The notes below the pieces were generated by a model. It saw only the letters and a list, made by a program, of their open reading frames with translations, ran no database searches and was not told the origin of the DNA. A stretch of 64,000 nucleotides of DNA from an uncultured delta proteobacterium (GTDB lineage: Bacteria > Myxococcota_A > Polyangia > Haliangiales > Haliangiaceae), in the NCBI GenBank assembly GCA_963848295.1, contig CAWKDB010000010.1:2752001-2816000 (forward strand), read 5' to 3'. Below are positions 1-8,370 of this stretch, one piece after another. The first letter of the stretch is position 1; each line of letters opens with the position of its first letter. The translations under genes were made by a program, and so were the position numbers.

Positions 1-2
1 CG

Positions 3-311
3 AGCGCGCTCACCACGCCGCTGCCGGTTGCGACCGCGTTCGGCCAAGGCGTCGCGGTCGACGACTGGATCTTCGTCGTCGGCGGCCGCGGCGCCGTATT
101 CGGCGGCACCGCGACCACCGCGGTGTGGGCCGCGCAAATCGGCAGCGACGGCACCCTCGGCGCGTGGCAAACGCAAACGCCGTTGAGCCAACCGCGCACG
201 AACCAGGCGATGGTGCTCGTCGGCAGCTACCTCGTCTCGGTCGGCGGCGCCGATGCCGCCGGCGGCGACACGACCGTGCTCGCCGCGCAGGTGCGCTACC
301 CGCCGCAGTAA
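3..311 (+). CDS. Kelch-repeat-like protein, C-terminal part (5' end outside window)
   Basis: Frame open from the window start; repeated kelch-like units (WIFVVGG...VW..W; PLSQPR...YLVSVGG). Confidence 0.65.
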   Translation, partial: SALTTPLPVATAFGQGVAVDDWIFVVGGRGAVFGGTATTAVWAAQIGSDGTLGAWQTQTPLSQPRTNQAMVLVGSYLVSVGGADAAGGDTTVLAAQVRYPPQ

Positions 312-369
312 CGCCCCGCTCGGCCGGAACGCCGTTGTCGTGCCGGCCAAAACCTCGCTACGCTTGGCC

Positions 370-690
370 ATGGTCGCGGTCGCCCTTCCGCCCGGCGTGC
401 TCGAGCGCATCGTCGAGGTGCTCGCGCCGGAAGAGGTATGGCTGTTCGGGAGTCGTGCGAGACAAACGCACGGGCCCGATAGCGACTGGGACCTCATGGC
501 CGTGCTGCCGGATACCGCCCCGGACCGCGATCTCGATCTCGCCACCGTGTGGAGCAACCTTCGCGAGCTGCGGCGGATGCGCATCGAGGTGATCCCGATC
601 CGTCGCCGCGACTTCGATGAAAGCCGGACCACGCTGGGCGAGCTCGCAGAGGCGGTCGCACGCGAGGGTCACGTCGTCTATGGACGCTGA
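370..690 (+). CDS. Minimal nucleotidyltransferase (MNT), antitoxin-type
   Basis: LFGSRAR...DSDWDL motif; ~106 aa from ATG 370; overlaps the start of the HEPN gene. Confidence 0.88.
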   Translation: MVAVALPPGVLERIVEVLAPEEVWLFGSRARQTHGPDSDWDLMAVLPDTAPDRDLDLATVWSNLRELRRMRIEVIPIRRRDFDESRTTLGELAEAVAREGHVVYGR

Positions 691-1112
691 CCGGGGACGC
701 TGACCGGAAGGGAGCGAACAAACCGATCGCGAAGCTGCTCGCCGCTGCGAATCTCGATCTCGACGCGGCTCGACGCCTGCTCCTCGAGCCACCGAACGTG
801 CTCGCTGCCAACCATCTGCAGCAAGCCGCCGAGAAGATCCTCGGCGCCGTCCGACTGCATCGCGGCCTGCTCAACACCAAGGATCACGACCTCGTGATCC
901 TGATCGATGGCCGTCCGGGCGCAGAGCCACGAGCGCTCCCGGCCGGCGACCCATGGCGCGAACGCTTCCGCCCGCTCGAGCCGCTGTCCGCGTACGCGAC
1001 GACGTCTCGCTACAGCCTCACCCCGACGCCGAAGATGGACGACCTTCGGCAGATGCTCGCGACGTTGACCTCGCTCCACGAGGTCGCGAGGACCGAGCTG
1101 CTCACCAGCTAG
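680..1112 (+). pseudogene. HEPN-domain protein frameshifted by a 13-bp tandem duplication
   Basis: A..DLDAARRLL...AANHLQQAAEK...HDL...YATTSRY is a HEPN signature; ATG 680 joins this frame only if one copy of GGACGCTGACCGG is removed. Confidence 0.8.
682..707. repeat. Perfect 13-bp tandem duplication GGACGCTGACCGG x2
   Basis: 682-694 is identical to 695-707. Confidence 0.95.
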
Positions 1113-1190
1113 CCGCTCGTTCACGAGTGCTGCACGGGCTCGTCAACGTTGGTGCTCCGGTAGAGTGCGCGACCCGCCGGAGTACGTGGC

Positions 1191-2288
1191 ATGGTCGGCG
1201 CCGTGGCTGATCCGGTGCCGTTCTTTGACATGCGAGCCGAGCTCCGGCCGATCCGGGCCGAGCTCGATGCCGCGATCGCCCGCGTGCTCGACAGCGGCGT
1301 GTTGATCGGCGGCACCGAGGTCACCGCGTTCGAGCGCGAGCTCGCGATCGCCACCGGCGCCGCGCGCGCGATCGGCACGAGCTCGGGCACGGATGCGCTG
1401 CTCGCGATCTTGATGGCGCTCGGCATCGACCGCGACGCCGAGGTCGTCACGACGCCGCTGACCTTCTTCGCGACTGCCGGCGCACCCGCACGGCTCGGCG
1501 CGCGCGTCGTGTTCGCCGACATCGATGACGCGACCCTCGGCCTCGATCCGGCCGCCGCGCTCGCCGCTTGCACGCCGCGAACGCGCGCGATCGTCCCGGT
1601 CAACCTGTTCGGCTTGCCGGCGGCGCTGTCCGCGAGCGCGCCATGCCCGATCGTCGAGGATTCGGCGCAGAGCATCCTCGCGGCGCCGGTGCGCGGGATC
1701 GCAGCCGCGCTATCGCTGTTCCCGACCAAGAACCTCGGCGCGCTTGGCGATGCCGGCGCAGTGCTCACCGACGACGCGGCGCTCGCCGATCGCATCGCGC
1801 TGCTCCGCAACCACGGCGCCCAGCCGAAATATCATCATGCGGTCGTCGGCGGAAACTTCCGACTCGATGCGCTCCAAGCCGCCGTGCTGCGCGTGAAATT
1901 GCCGCATCTCGCGCGATGGACCGCCGCTCGGCGCTCCCACGCCGCCCACTATCGCGCGCTGTTCGCCGCCGCGCGCCTCCCCGCCGAGCTGCGCTTGCCG
2001 CCCGACGACGCGGCGCACGTCTACCACCAGTTCTCGATCCGCGCGCCGCGGCGTGACGCGCTGCGTGCGCATCTCGCGACCGCGGGCATCGAGACCGCGA
2101 TCTACTATCCCGAACCGCTCCATCTCCAGCCGTGCTTCGCCTCGCTGGGCTATCGCGCGGGTTCGCTGCCGCGCGCCGAACGCGCGTGCACCGAGCTGCT
2201 CGCCTTGCCGATCCAGCCGGCGCTCGAGCCCGATGGCCGGGCTCGCGTGGTCGACGCGATCGTTGCGTTCTACGGTCGCCGACTGTGA
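1191..2288 (+). CDS. DegT/DnrJ/EryC1/StrS PLP-dependent sugar aminotransferase (WbpE-like)
   Basis: SSGTDAL, EDSAQS, SLFPTKNLGALGDAG, NFRLDALQAA motifs. Confidence 0.93.
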   Translation: MVGAVADPVPFFDMRAELRPIRAELDAAIARVLDSGVLIGGTEVTAFERELAIATGAARAIGTSSGTDALLAILMALGIDRDAEVVTTPLTFFATAGAPARLGARVVFADIDDATLGLDPAAALAACTPRTRAIVPVNLFGLPAALSASAPCPIVEDSAQSILAAPVRGIAAALSLFPTKNLGALGDAGAVLTDDAALADRIALLRNHGAQPKYHHAVVGGNFRLDALQAAVLRVKLPHLARWTAARRSHAAHYRALFAAARLPAELRLPPDDAAHVYHQFSIRAPRRDALRAHLATAGIETAIYYPEPLHLQPCFASLGYRAGSLPRAERACTELLALPIQPALEPDGRARVVDAIVAFYGRRL

Positions 2289-2304
2289 TAGCGCTAGGGC
2301 TGCG

Positions 2305-3330
2305 ATGAAAGTCCGCGTAGCGGTCCTCGGTGCGGGCAGCTGGGGCATCAACCACGTCCGCGTGCTCGCCGGCGAGCCGCGGTGCGAGCTGGTTTCGATC
2401 GTCGAGCCCGATCGCGCGAAGCACGGCGCGATTACATCGCTCGCCCCCCAGGCGCAGATCCTCGAGTCCGCGGATGCGGCGCTGGGCGCAGCGAACGTCG
2501 ATGCGCTCGTGATCGCGACGCCCGCGTCGACCCACGTCGAGCTCGCGCTCGCTGCGCTCGCCGCCGGCAAACATGTGCTGATCGAGAAGCCGGTCGCACG
2601 CTCGCTCGCCGATGCGGTCCGGCTCGGCGATGCCGCCAGGCACGCGCGCCGGACCGCGATGGTCGGCCACCTGATGGTCTATCACCCAGCGGTCCGCCGA
2701 CTGCGCGAGCTGCTGCGCAGCGGAGCGCTCGGCACGCCGTACTACATCCACGCGACGCGCGTGAACCTAGGCCGGTTGCGCAGCGACGAGACCGCGCTGT
2801 GGTGCTTCGGCCCGCACGATCTGTCGATGATCGACTACATCACCGGCGAAACGCCGACGACCGTCTCGGCGTGCGGCCAATCGGTGCTGCAGCCCGGGAT
2901 CGAGGATGTCGTGTTCATGACCCTGCGCTACGCGAGCGGCCTCGTCGCGAACTTGCACCTGTCGTGGCTGCATCCGCGCAAAGAACGCCGGCTCACGCTC
3001 GTGTGCTCGCAAAAAATGGTCGAGTTCGACGATCAGATTCGCGAGAAGTTGCGGATCTACGACAAGGGCTACGACCGGCCGCCCGACTTCAAGGAGTTCG
3101 GAGAGTTCCTGACGCTGCGCGACGGCGATGTCCACATCCCTCACTTGTCGATGGAGGAGCCGCTGCGAGCCGAAATCCGCCACTTCCTCGACTGTGTCGC
3201 GACCGGGGCCACGCCCGATACCGACCTCGCCGGCGGCGCCCGCGTCACCGCGATCCTCGAGGCCGCGGATTTGTCACTCGGGCGGGGTGGTATGCCAATC
3301 GCGATCAGTCTTGCAGCTACGAGCCGCTAG
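2305..3330 (+). CDS. Gfo/Idh/MocA-family NAD-dependent oxidoreductase (WbpB-like)
   Basis: GAGSWG Rossmann motif, IATP..TH, KHVLIEKP, PHDLS; ATG 2305. Confidence 0.9.
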   Translation: MKVRVAVLGAGSWGINHVRVLAGEPRCELVSIVEPDRAKHGAITSLAPQAQILESADAALGAANVDALVIATPASTHVELALAALAAGKHVLIEKPVARSLADAVRLGDAARHARRTAMVGHLMVYHPAVRRLRELLRSGALGTPYYIHATRVNLGRLRSDETALWCFGPHDLSMIDYITGETPTTVSACGQSVLQPGIEDVVFMTLRYASGLVANLHLSWLHPRKERRLTLVCSQKMVEFDDQIREKLRIYDKGYDRPPDFKEFGEFLTLRDGDVHIPHLSMEEPLRAEIRHFLDCVATGATPDTDLAGGARVTAILEAADLSLGRGGMPIAISLAATSR

Positions 3331-4411
3331 GAACGACCGCTAGCGAGTTGATCGTGCCGTCGACGGTCATCGTACCCAACGGCGTGAAATTGTCCTGACC
3401 GTCGATCTCGAATTCCGCTAGCTCGGACGTCGAGGCATCGACCGCCCGCCCGGTCACGACGAACCGACCGTCTCTCGATACCGCCATAGCGGTGACTCGC
3501 GATGCGAACGACGGCCCCGCTGTCCAACTTGGCGTACCCGCCCCGAGCGTGAGCAGTTGAAGCGAGGCGGACGAGCTCACGGCGGCGAGCGCACGATCGT
3601 GAGGCAGGGCGACCACGCGATCGATCGCCCCCAGCGTGCCGACCAATGCATCGAATGCAAATGGGGAACGGGTGTACCGCCAGACGTTGTCGTCGTCGGA
3701 ACAGAATGCGAGCACGCTGTCGCCGCTCAGCACGAGGTCCGTCGGGGCGGCGCACGACGCTGCCTGTTCGTACGCAGACGAGAAATCGAGACCCGCGATC
3801 AGCGCGAAATCCGCGACCTGGCTCGTGCCGCCGATGTAGAGATGCGCCCCGCTGCCGTCGAGTGCCATCGCCCCGGACCCGGTGGGTGCGGCCGCCGAGT
3901 CGAGCACGGTCGGCGTCCCATCGCTGCCGGCCTCGAACCGGTACACACCGGTCGTGCCCGTACCATCGATCGTAAAGAAGCCAACCGACGACGGCGCGTC
4001 GAACCGGATGCGCTGAACCGTTCGCGGCACTCCGAGATCGGGAAACGTCGTCGACGTGACCTGCGCGCATGAGACCGCGATGCCCTCGAACCTGGATTCG
4101 ATGGCGTAGACGTACGGCAGCGACGGATGCGCGACGAGATCGTTGTAGCGGTCGACCGCAGCGGTCAGTGGACACGGAGCGCCGAGGCCCGTGTCGTCGA
4201 ATGGAAAGACCTGTAGCGCCGAGCCCGAGGTGCTGGAAATCGAGGCTACCGCCCAGTTGTGGGTCGAGGCCGGCGCGTCTGGTGAAGCGTCGATCGCGGC
4301 GTCGCTGGCATCACCACCGATCGTGGCATCGTGGTCGGTCGCTGGGCGCGTATTGTCCCCGCAGGCAGTGACCACGAGCAAAGCGAGGAGCGATAAGCTA
4401 GTGCGCAGCAA
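3317..4411 (-). CDS. Predicted lipoprotein, beta-propeller/lactonase-like
   Basis: Signal peptide with lipobox VVTA-C, Asp/Ala-rich linker, HPSLPYVYA and AVSRDGRFVV blade-like segments. Confidence 0.65.
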   Translation of the reverse strand: MLRTSLSLLALLVVTACGDNTRPATDHDATIGGDASDAAIDASPDAPASTHNWAVASISSTSGSALQVFPFDDTGLGAPCPLTAAVDRYNDLVAHPSLPYVYAIESRFEGIAVSCAQVTSTTFPDLGVPRTVQRIRFDAPSSVGFFTIDGTGTTGVYRFEAGSDGTPTVLDSAAAPTGSGAMALDGSGAHLYIGGTSQVADFALIAGLDFSSAYEQAASCAAPTDLVLSGDSVLAFCSDDDNVWRYTRSPFAFDALVGTLGAIDRVVALPHDRALAAVSSSASLQLLTLGAGTPSWTAGPSFASRVTAMAVSRDGRFVVTGRAVDASTSELAEFEIDGQDNFTPLGTMTVDGTINSLAVVPSGS

Positions 4412-4434
4412 GGCGGCCTCCGGAATGATACGGC

Positions 4435-7071
4435 TTAGTTGCGGAGCGGCGAGTGAGCAAGCGGATTGTCGATCGCTTGCGCCGGTGGGGCATCATGCCC
4501 GGTCGGGCTCGCTGGTGCATCGGAGTGAACCGTCGGCAGCGCCGGTAACTGCTCATGCATGGCGTCGTCGACCGCGCGAAGCTTGAGCTCGCCCGAATGG
4601 CGATCACTGATCAGCTGGATGCGCCGCGATAATTCGAGTCGTTTGTCGAGTGGGACGATTCCCGCCCCATCGAGTCTATGTAGACATTGGAGTGCGTGAT
4701 CGAGATCGTTCTGAGCAGAGAAGCTGTCGCACAGCAACATCCAAGCCTCCGACTGTTCGTCGACGCGCGTATGCCACGACGCGACGTCAGCGAGGTCAGC
4801 GAGTACGGGAGCGTAGTCCTTCCGCAACACCTCGACACGCGCGAGCATGAGGCGCGACGAGAATGTGTGCGCGAGCTCGAGCCGGCGTTGCGCTGCCCGA
4901 TACGCCGCCTCAAGATCGCCGCGATTCATCGCAAGGTGATAGAGGTCGTCGATGGTCTGAATGTCCGCATCCGGGCTTTGGATCACGCGCGACAACCACG
5001 CGACAACGACATCCTCTCGGTGAAGCTCCTTGAGCGAGGTGAGGATCGCTTCCTTGGGCTCCCAATCCGGCGGGATCGCCCGGGCGGCCAACGATGCATC
5101 CGGAAGCGTACCGAGGATCTCGATCAGCACTGGCTTCGGCATCGCCGTCCCGTGGAGTGCTAGCGAATATTCGATCGCAGCTTGCTCCGGGCGCCGGTCC
5201 ATCACGAGCATGCGCGCAGCAAGTCGGTGCAGTCCTGCGTGAGTCGGGTGCAAGATCAGCGCATAGTTAAGGAAATCGACTGCGTGCTTATCGCCGATGC
5301 TCAGCATCAGATCGGCCGTCTTGGCAAAGCCGAAATAGTCGATCGGATGGCGCTGGATCTCGTCGTGAAAGTCCGCGAGGGTCGCGCCGTCATCGCTCGA
5401 AAGATCGTCGTGGTCCTCCTCGATGCTACGACCGATCCCGGTGGCGAGTAGCGCACCAGAGACAACGAGCGCGGTGATGAGACCGGCGCGAGCGAGCTTG
5501 GTCTTGGAGGTCGCCTGGCGTAGCGAAACCGGCACCAACGTCGCCGCGATAATGGTCACCGGGACCGCGACGCCGAGCATCTCGATCCCGAAATCGACGC
5601 TGCTTTGAAACATCACCGCCGACATTGCGCCGAACGCGCCCGCGGCCAGCGGGCCGTCACGCCAGCGTCGCGCGGCAGCGACCACGCATGCTGCGAGAAG
5701 GAGCGCCATGATCACCGATGCCGGGATCCCCCACTCGACGACGCCGGAGACGTACTCGTTCTCGAGGTGAGAGAACGTCGCAAACGAGCTCGCCGGGTGA
5801 ACCCGCGTGAGGCTGGGCTCGATGGCGCCGCGGCCGATCCCGAACCATGGAGCCTCCTCGACGAGGCTCATCGACGACTTCCACGCCTCGAACTTGCTCA
5901 GCGGATGGTTGAGCTCGGACAACGAGGTGTTTTCGAGCTGATCGACAACCTTGCCGGCGCTCGTCACGAGCGCGACGGTCAGCGAGATCCCGACGACGAT
6001 CGCGATCGGCAGATCGCGGCTCACCGCGCGACGGCGTCGTAACGTCTTGGATGCCTCCGAGCCGCTCGATGAGGCACGGCGCGCGAACAGCAGCGTGCCG
6101 GTAATCGAAGCGCCGAGCACGAGGCCGATCGCCGCACCGCGCGACGTCGAGCCAAGCACGACGAGTGCGCAACCGATCGCGATCACGAGCCATAGAACTC
6201 GAAGTTGGGTAGCCTGACTTTGGTAGAACACGAGCCCGATCGCGAGCGACATCCCAAACGCCATCAGGCAGCCGAGGTGGTTCGTGTTGAGCAACGGGCC
6301 GAGGATCGGCGGCGTCGCGTGATGGAGATCGTAGATCCCGTAAAGGCTATCGGCGCTCAGCAGAACGTGGAGTCCAGTGACCATCGCCGCCGCGCCGCAG
6401 GTCAGGACCACAGCGGCGACGAGCAGGTACTTGCCGCGCTCGGAAGCCGCGAACCGCGCGCACAGTGTGGCGACGCCAAGCAACGTCAGGAAGAACGTGA
6501 GCGCTCGGAGCGTGCCCGGTGGATCCATCGAGATGCACGGCCACGGCGACGTCCCCGCCAACTGAGCGCCGCCGTCGCGGAGCTCCATTCCTTGACCGTC
6601 CAACATCGAGAGCAGACCGTGTGGAAGCGGGACTAACTGGAACGCGGTGATCACTGTCGCCGCACCGAGGAAAAGCACGACAGGCGACATCTTCAATGGC
6701 GCTCGGCGAGAAGTGAGATGAATGATCATCGCGAGAGCGACGAGGCCGGCGACCAGCACCTGGGTCCACCGCATCGCGCCGCCCACCACGAGGACCGAGG
6801 TGGCAAGCGCCGCCGCGCCGATCCAAAGCACGGTCCAATCGGACAAGGTGGGGCGCGAGCCACCACCACGCCGACGCGAGGATCTACGAAGCTGCGGCTG
6901 AGGCGAGACCTCGCGGCTCTGCTCCGTCGCCGGTCCAACGTCGTAGCCAGCGATTTTGTCACCGGCTACCTCGTCATCGCCGAGCGCATCGGCCGAAACG
7001 TCGGAGGATTCATCCCCCAGCGCGTTCGAGTCTTCGGACTCGAACCACGGATCATCGAGGGATGAGCTCAC
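4435..7071 (-). CDS. O-antigen ligase/Wzy_C-family membrane protein with C-terminal TPR-like region
   Basis: About 12 hydrophobic segments, NTNH, STSRGA, PWFGIGRG...HLENEY motifs, then a helical TPR-like tail. Confidence 0.85.
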   Translation of the reverse strand: MSSSLDDPWFESEDSNALGDESSDVSADALGDDEVAGDKIAGYDVGPATEQSREVSPQPQLRRSSRRRGGGSRPTLSDWTVLWIGAAALATSVLVVGGAMRWTQVLVAGLVALAMIIHLTSRRAPLKMSPVVLFLGAATVITAFQLVPLPHGLLSMLDGQGMELRDGGAQLAGTSPWPCISMDPPGTLRALTFFLTLLGVATLCARFAASERGKYLLVAAVVLTCGAAAMVTGLHVLLSADSLYGIYDLHHATPPILGPLLNTNHLGCLMAFGMSLAIGLVFYQSQATQLRVLWLVIAIGCALVVLGSTSRGAAIGLVLGASITGTLLFARRASSSGSEASKTLRRRRAVSRDLPIAIVVGISLTVALVTSAGKVVDQLENTSLSELNHPLSKFEAWKSSMSLVEEAPWFGIGRGAIEPSLTRVHPASSFATFSHLENEYVSGVVEWGIPASVIMALLLAACVVAAARRWRDGPLAAGAFGAMSAVMFQSSVDFGIEMLGVAVPVTIIAATLVPVSLRQATSKTKLARAGLITALVVSGALLATGIGRSIEEDHDDLSSDDGATLADFHDEIQRHPIDYFGFAKTADLMLSIGDKHAVDFLNYALILHPTHAGLHRLAARMLVMDRRPEQAAIEYSLALHGTAMPKPVLIEILGTLPDASLAARAIPPDWEPKEAILTSLKELHREDVVVAWLSRVIQSPDADIQTIDDLYHLAMNRGDLEAAYRAAQRRLELAHTFSSRLMLARVEVLRKDYAPVLADLADVASWHTRVDEQSEAWMLLCDSFSAQNDLDHALQCLHRLDGAGIVPLDKRLELSRRIQLISDRHSGELKLRAVDDAMHEQLPALPTVHSDAPASPTGHDAPPAQAIDNPLAHSPLRN

Positions 7072-7090
7072 TTAGGTTCCTGTCGCGCGG

Positions 7091-7675
7091 CTACCAGGAC
7101 CGCTCAGGTACGAACACCTCGTCACCGGGCATCATCGGAAACGTTGGCCGTTCGCCCTCGGCCATCTTCTCGACCGGCAGCTTATAAGTCTGCTTCGCCC
7201 CGTTCACGGTGCGCGTGACCTTCACCATGTTCTTGCGCGCCAGCGGGGTAAAACCACCGCTCTGAGCGACCGCATCTACGACACTCATCCCGGGAGTGAA
7301 CTTCATGTTGCCGGTCCGCGCGACCATCCCCGAGACGGAAATACTTAACGAATTTAGCTCCGTAATCGTGAGTGAGACAATTGGATCGACGAGGAACCCG
7401 TCGGCGAGGCGCTTCTGGATCTCGGTCCGGACGTCACCCAGCGTCTTGCCACCAGCCGTCACCGTGCCGATGTACTGGACTGAAATCAGCCCCGACCCAT
7501 CCAACGTGTATTGCGCGTTCACCGAGTGGGAGCCGTAGTAGATCGTCAGCGCCAGCTTGTCGCCTGTGCCTAGATGCAACTTGTCCATGTCCACCGTCGC
7601 TACCGTGGGGTATGCGAGAGGTGGGTCGTCGTGACACGCGACCAACAACAAGAGAATACAAAGAAAACGCTGCAT
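7091..7675 (-). CDS. Short outer-membrane polysaccharide export (OPX/Wza-family) lipoprotein lacking the C-terminal OM helix
   Basis: Lipobox LLVA-C, LGTGDKL, GLISVQYIGTVTAGGKT (PES motif), SLBB-like domain, ends PGDEVFVPERSW; ~194 aa. Confidence 0.9.
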   Translation of the reverse strand: MQRFLCILLLLVACHDDPPLAYPTVATVDMDKLHLGTGDKLALTIYYGSHSVNAQYTLDGSGLISVQYIGTVTAGGKTLGDVRTEIQKRLADGFLVDPIVSLTITELNSLSISVSGMVARTGNMKFTPGMSVVDAVAQSGGFTPLARKNMVKVTRTVNGAKQTYKLPVEKMAEGERPTFPMMPGDEVFVPERSW

Positions 7676-7777
7676 GGCTCCAAATCCGCGTCGAGGATGA
7701 GTTGTCATCTACGCCGAGAAGGTTCAAGCGGGCAAGCGTGAACCTTTGGATCCCGCCCGGCGACAAACTGCGGTAGA

Positions 7778-7807
7778 TTGACAGGCGGCAGTCAACGCGG
7801 CTAGGCT
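7778..7807 (+). promoter_or_regulatory. Putative sigma70-type promoter overlapping a TTGAC-N8-GTCAA palindrome
   Basis: TTGACA (7778-7783), 18 bp, TAGGCT (7802-7807), upstream of ATG 7824. Confidence 0.4.
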
Positions 7808-7823
7808 CCTGGTCGTCGACGGA

Positions 7824-8348
7824 ATGGTGAACTGGATGAAATCGCTGCTAAAGCTTGGACTGATCGGCGCGCTTGCAGGCGTGGGTGCCACGCTGCTTTA
7901 CGCGGCTCCGGAAGCGACGCCTCCCGACGCGCAGCTGAACGACTTGCTCGGTCAGGCCGATCTCGTCCATAGCAGCGCCACCGCTGACATGCAGCACGTC
8001 GTCCAGCTCCAGGAGACGGCTCGGAAGTCCAAGGACATCATCAAGCTCAACTGCGTCAACGACAAGCTGGTGCAGATGAAGCCCCAGATGAACGTGCTCG
8101 AGCAGATGCAGAACGAGATGCGCTCCAGCCAAAACGTTGCGGCTGCGGCGGCCCAGGTTACCCAGGCCGGTCAGAACATGCGGCAGCTGCGCGATGGCGC
8201 TGATCAATGTGCCGGTGAGTCGATCATCGAATCGGAGTCGGCGAACTCCTACACCGGCCCGAACCACCCAGATCTGCCGTATGGCAATCCGTGGGAGAAC
8301 GGCAGCAGCGTCGTCGAGCCGCCGAACTACGCCTCACCCTACGACTGA
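7824..8348 (+). CDS. Secreted helical hypothetical protein
   Basis: Signal-like N-terminus, coiled-coil character, Cys pair (KLNCVNDKL; DQCAGE), ends PPNYASPYD; coding-like codon usage. Confidence 0.75.
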   Translation: MVNWMKSLLKLGLIGALAGVGATLLYAAPEATPPDAQLNDLLGQADLVHSSATADMQHVVQLQETARKSKDIIKLNCVNDKLVQMKPQMNVLEQMQNEMRSSQNVAAAAAQVTQAGQNMRQLRDGADQCAGESIIESESANSYTGPNHPDLPYGNPWENGSSVVEPPNYASPYD

Positions 8349-8369
8349 AGCTCTTACGACTGAAGCTCT
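8340..8369. repeat. Perfect 15-bp tandem duplication TACGACTGAAGCTCT x2
   Basis: 8340-8354 is identical to 8355-8369; it covers the upstream stop codon and abuts the IS left end. Confidence 0.95.
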
Positions 8370-8370
8370 A

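Noticed and set aside
2053..2304. Long N-terminal extensions in the ORF track (also starts 20509, 23771, 24604, 27353, 30571, 36027, 37006, 49339, 56300, 60331)
   Set aside because: They overlap upstream genes; family motifs and stop/start coupling point to later starts.
7769..7776. ops/JUMPStart (RfaH) element
   Set aside because: TGCGGTAG only partly matches GGCGGTAG, points away from the export genes and lacks JUMPStart context.
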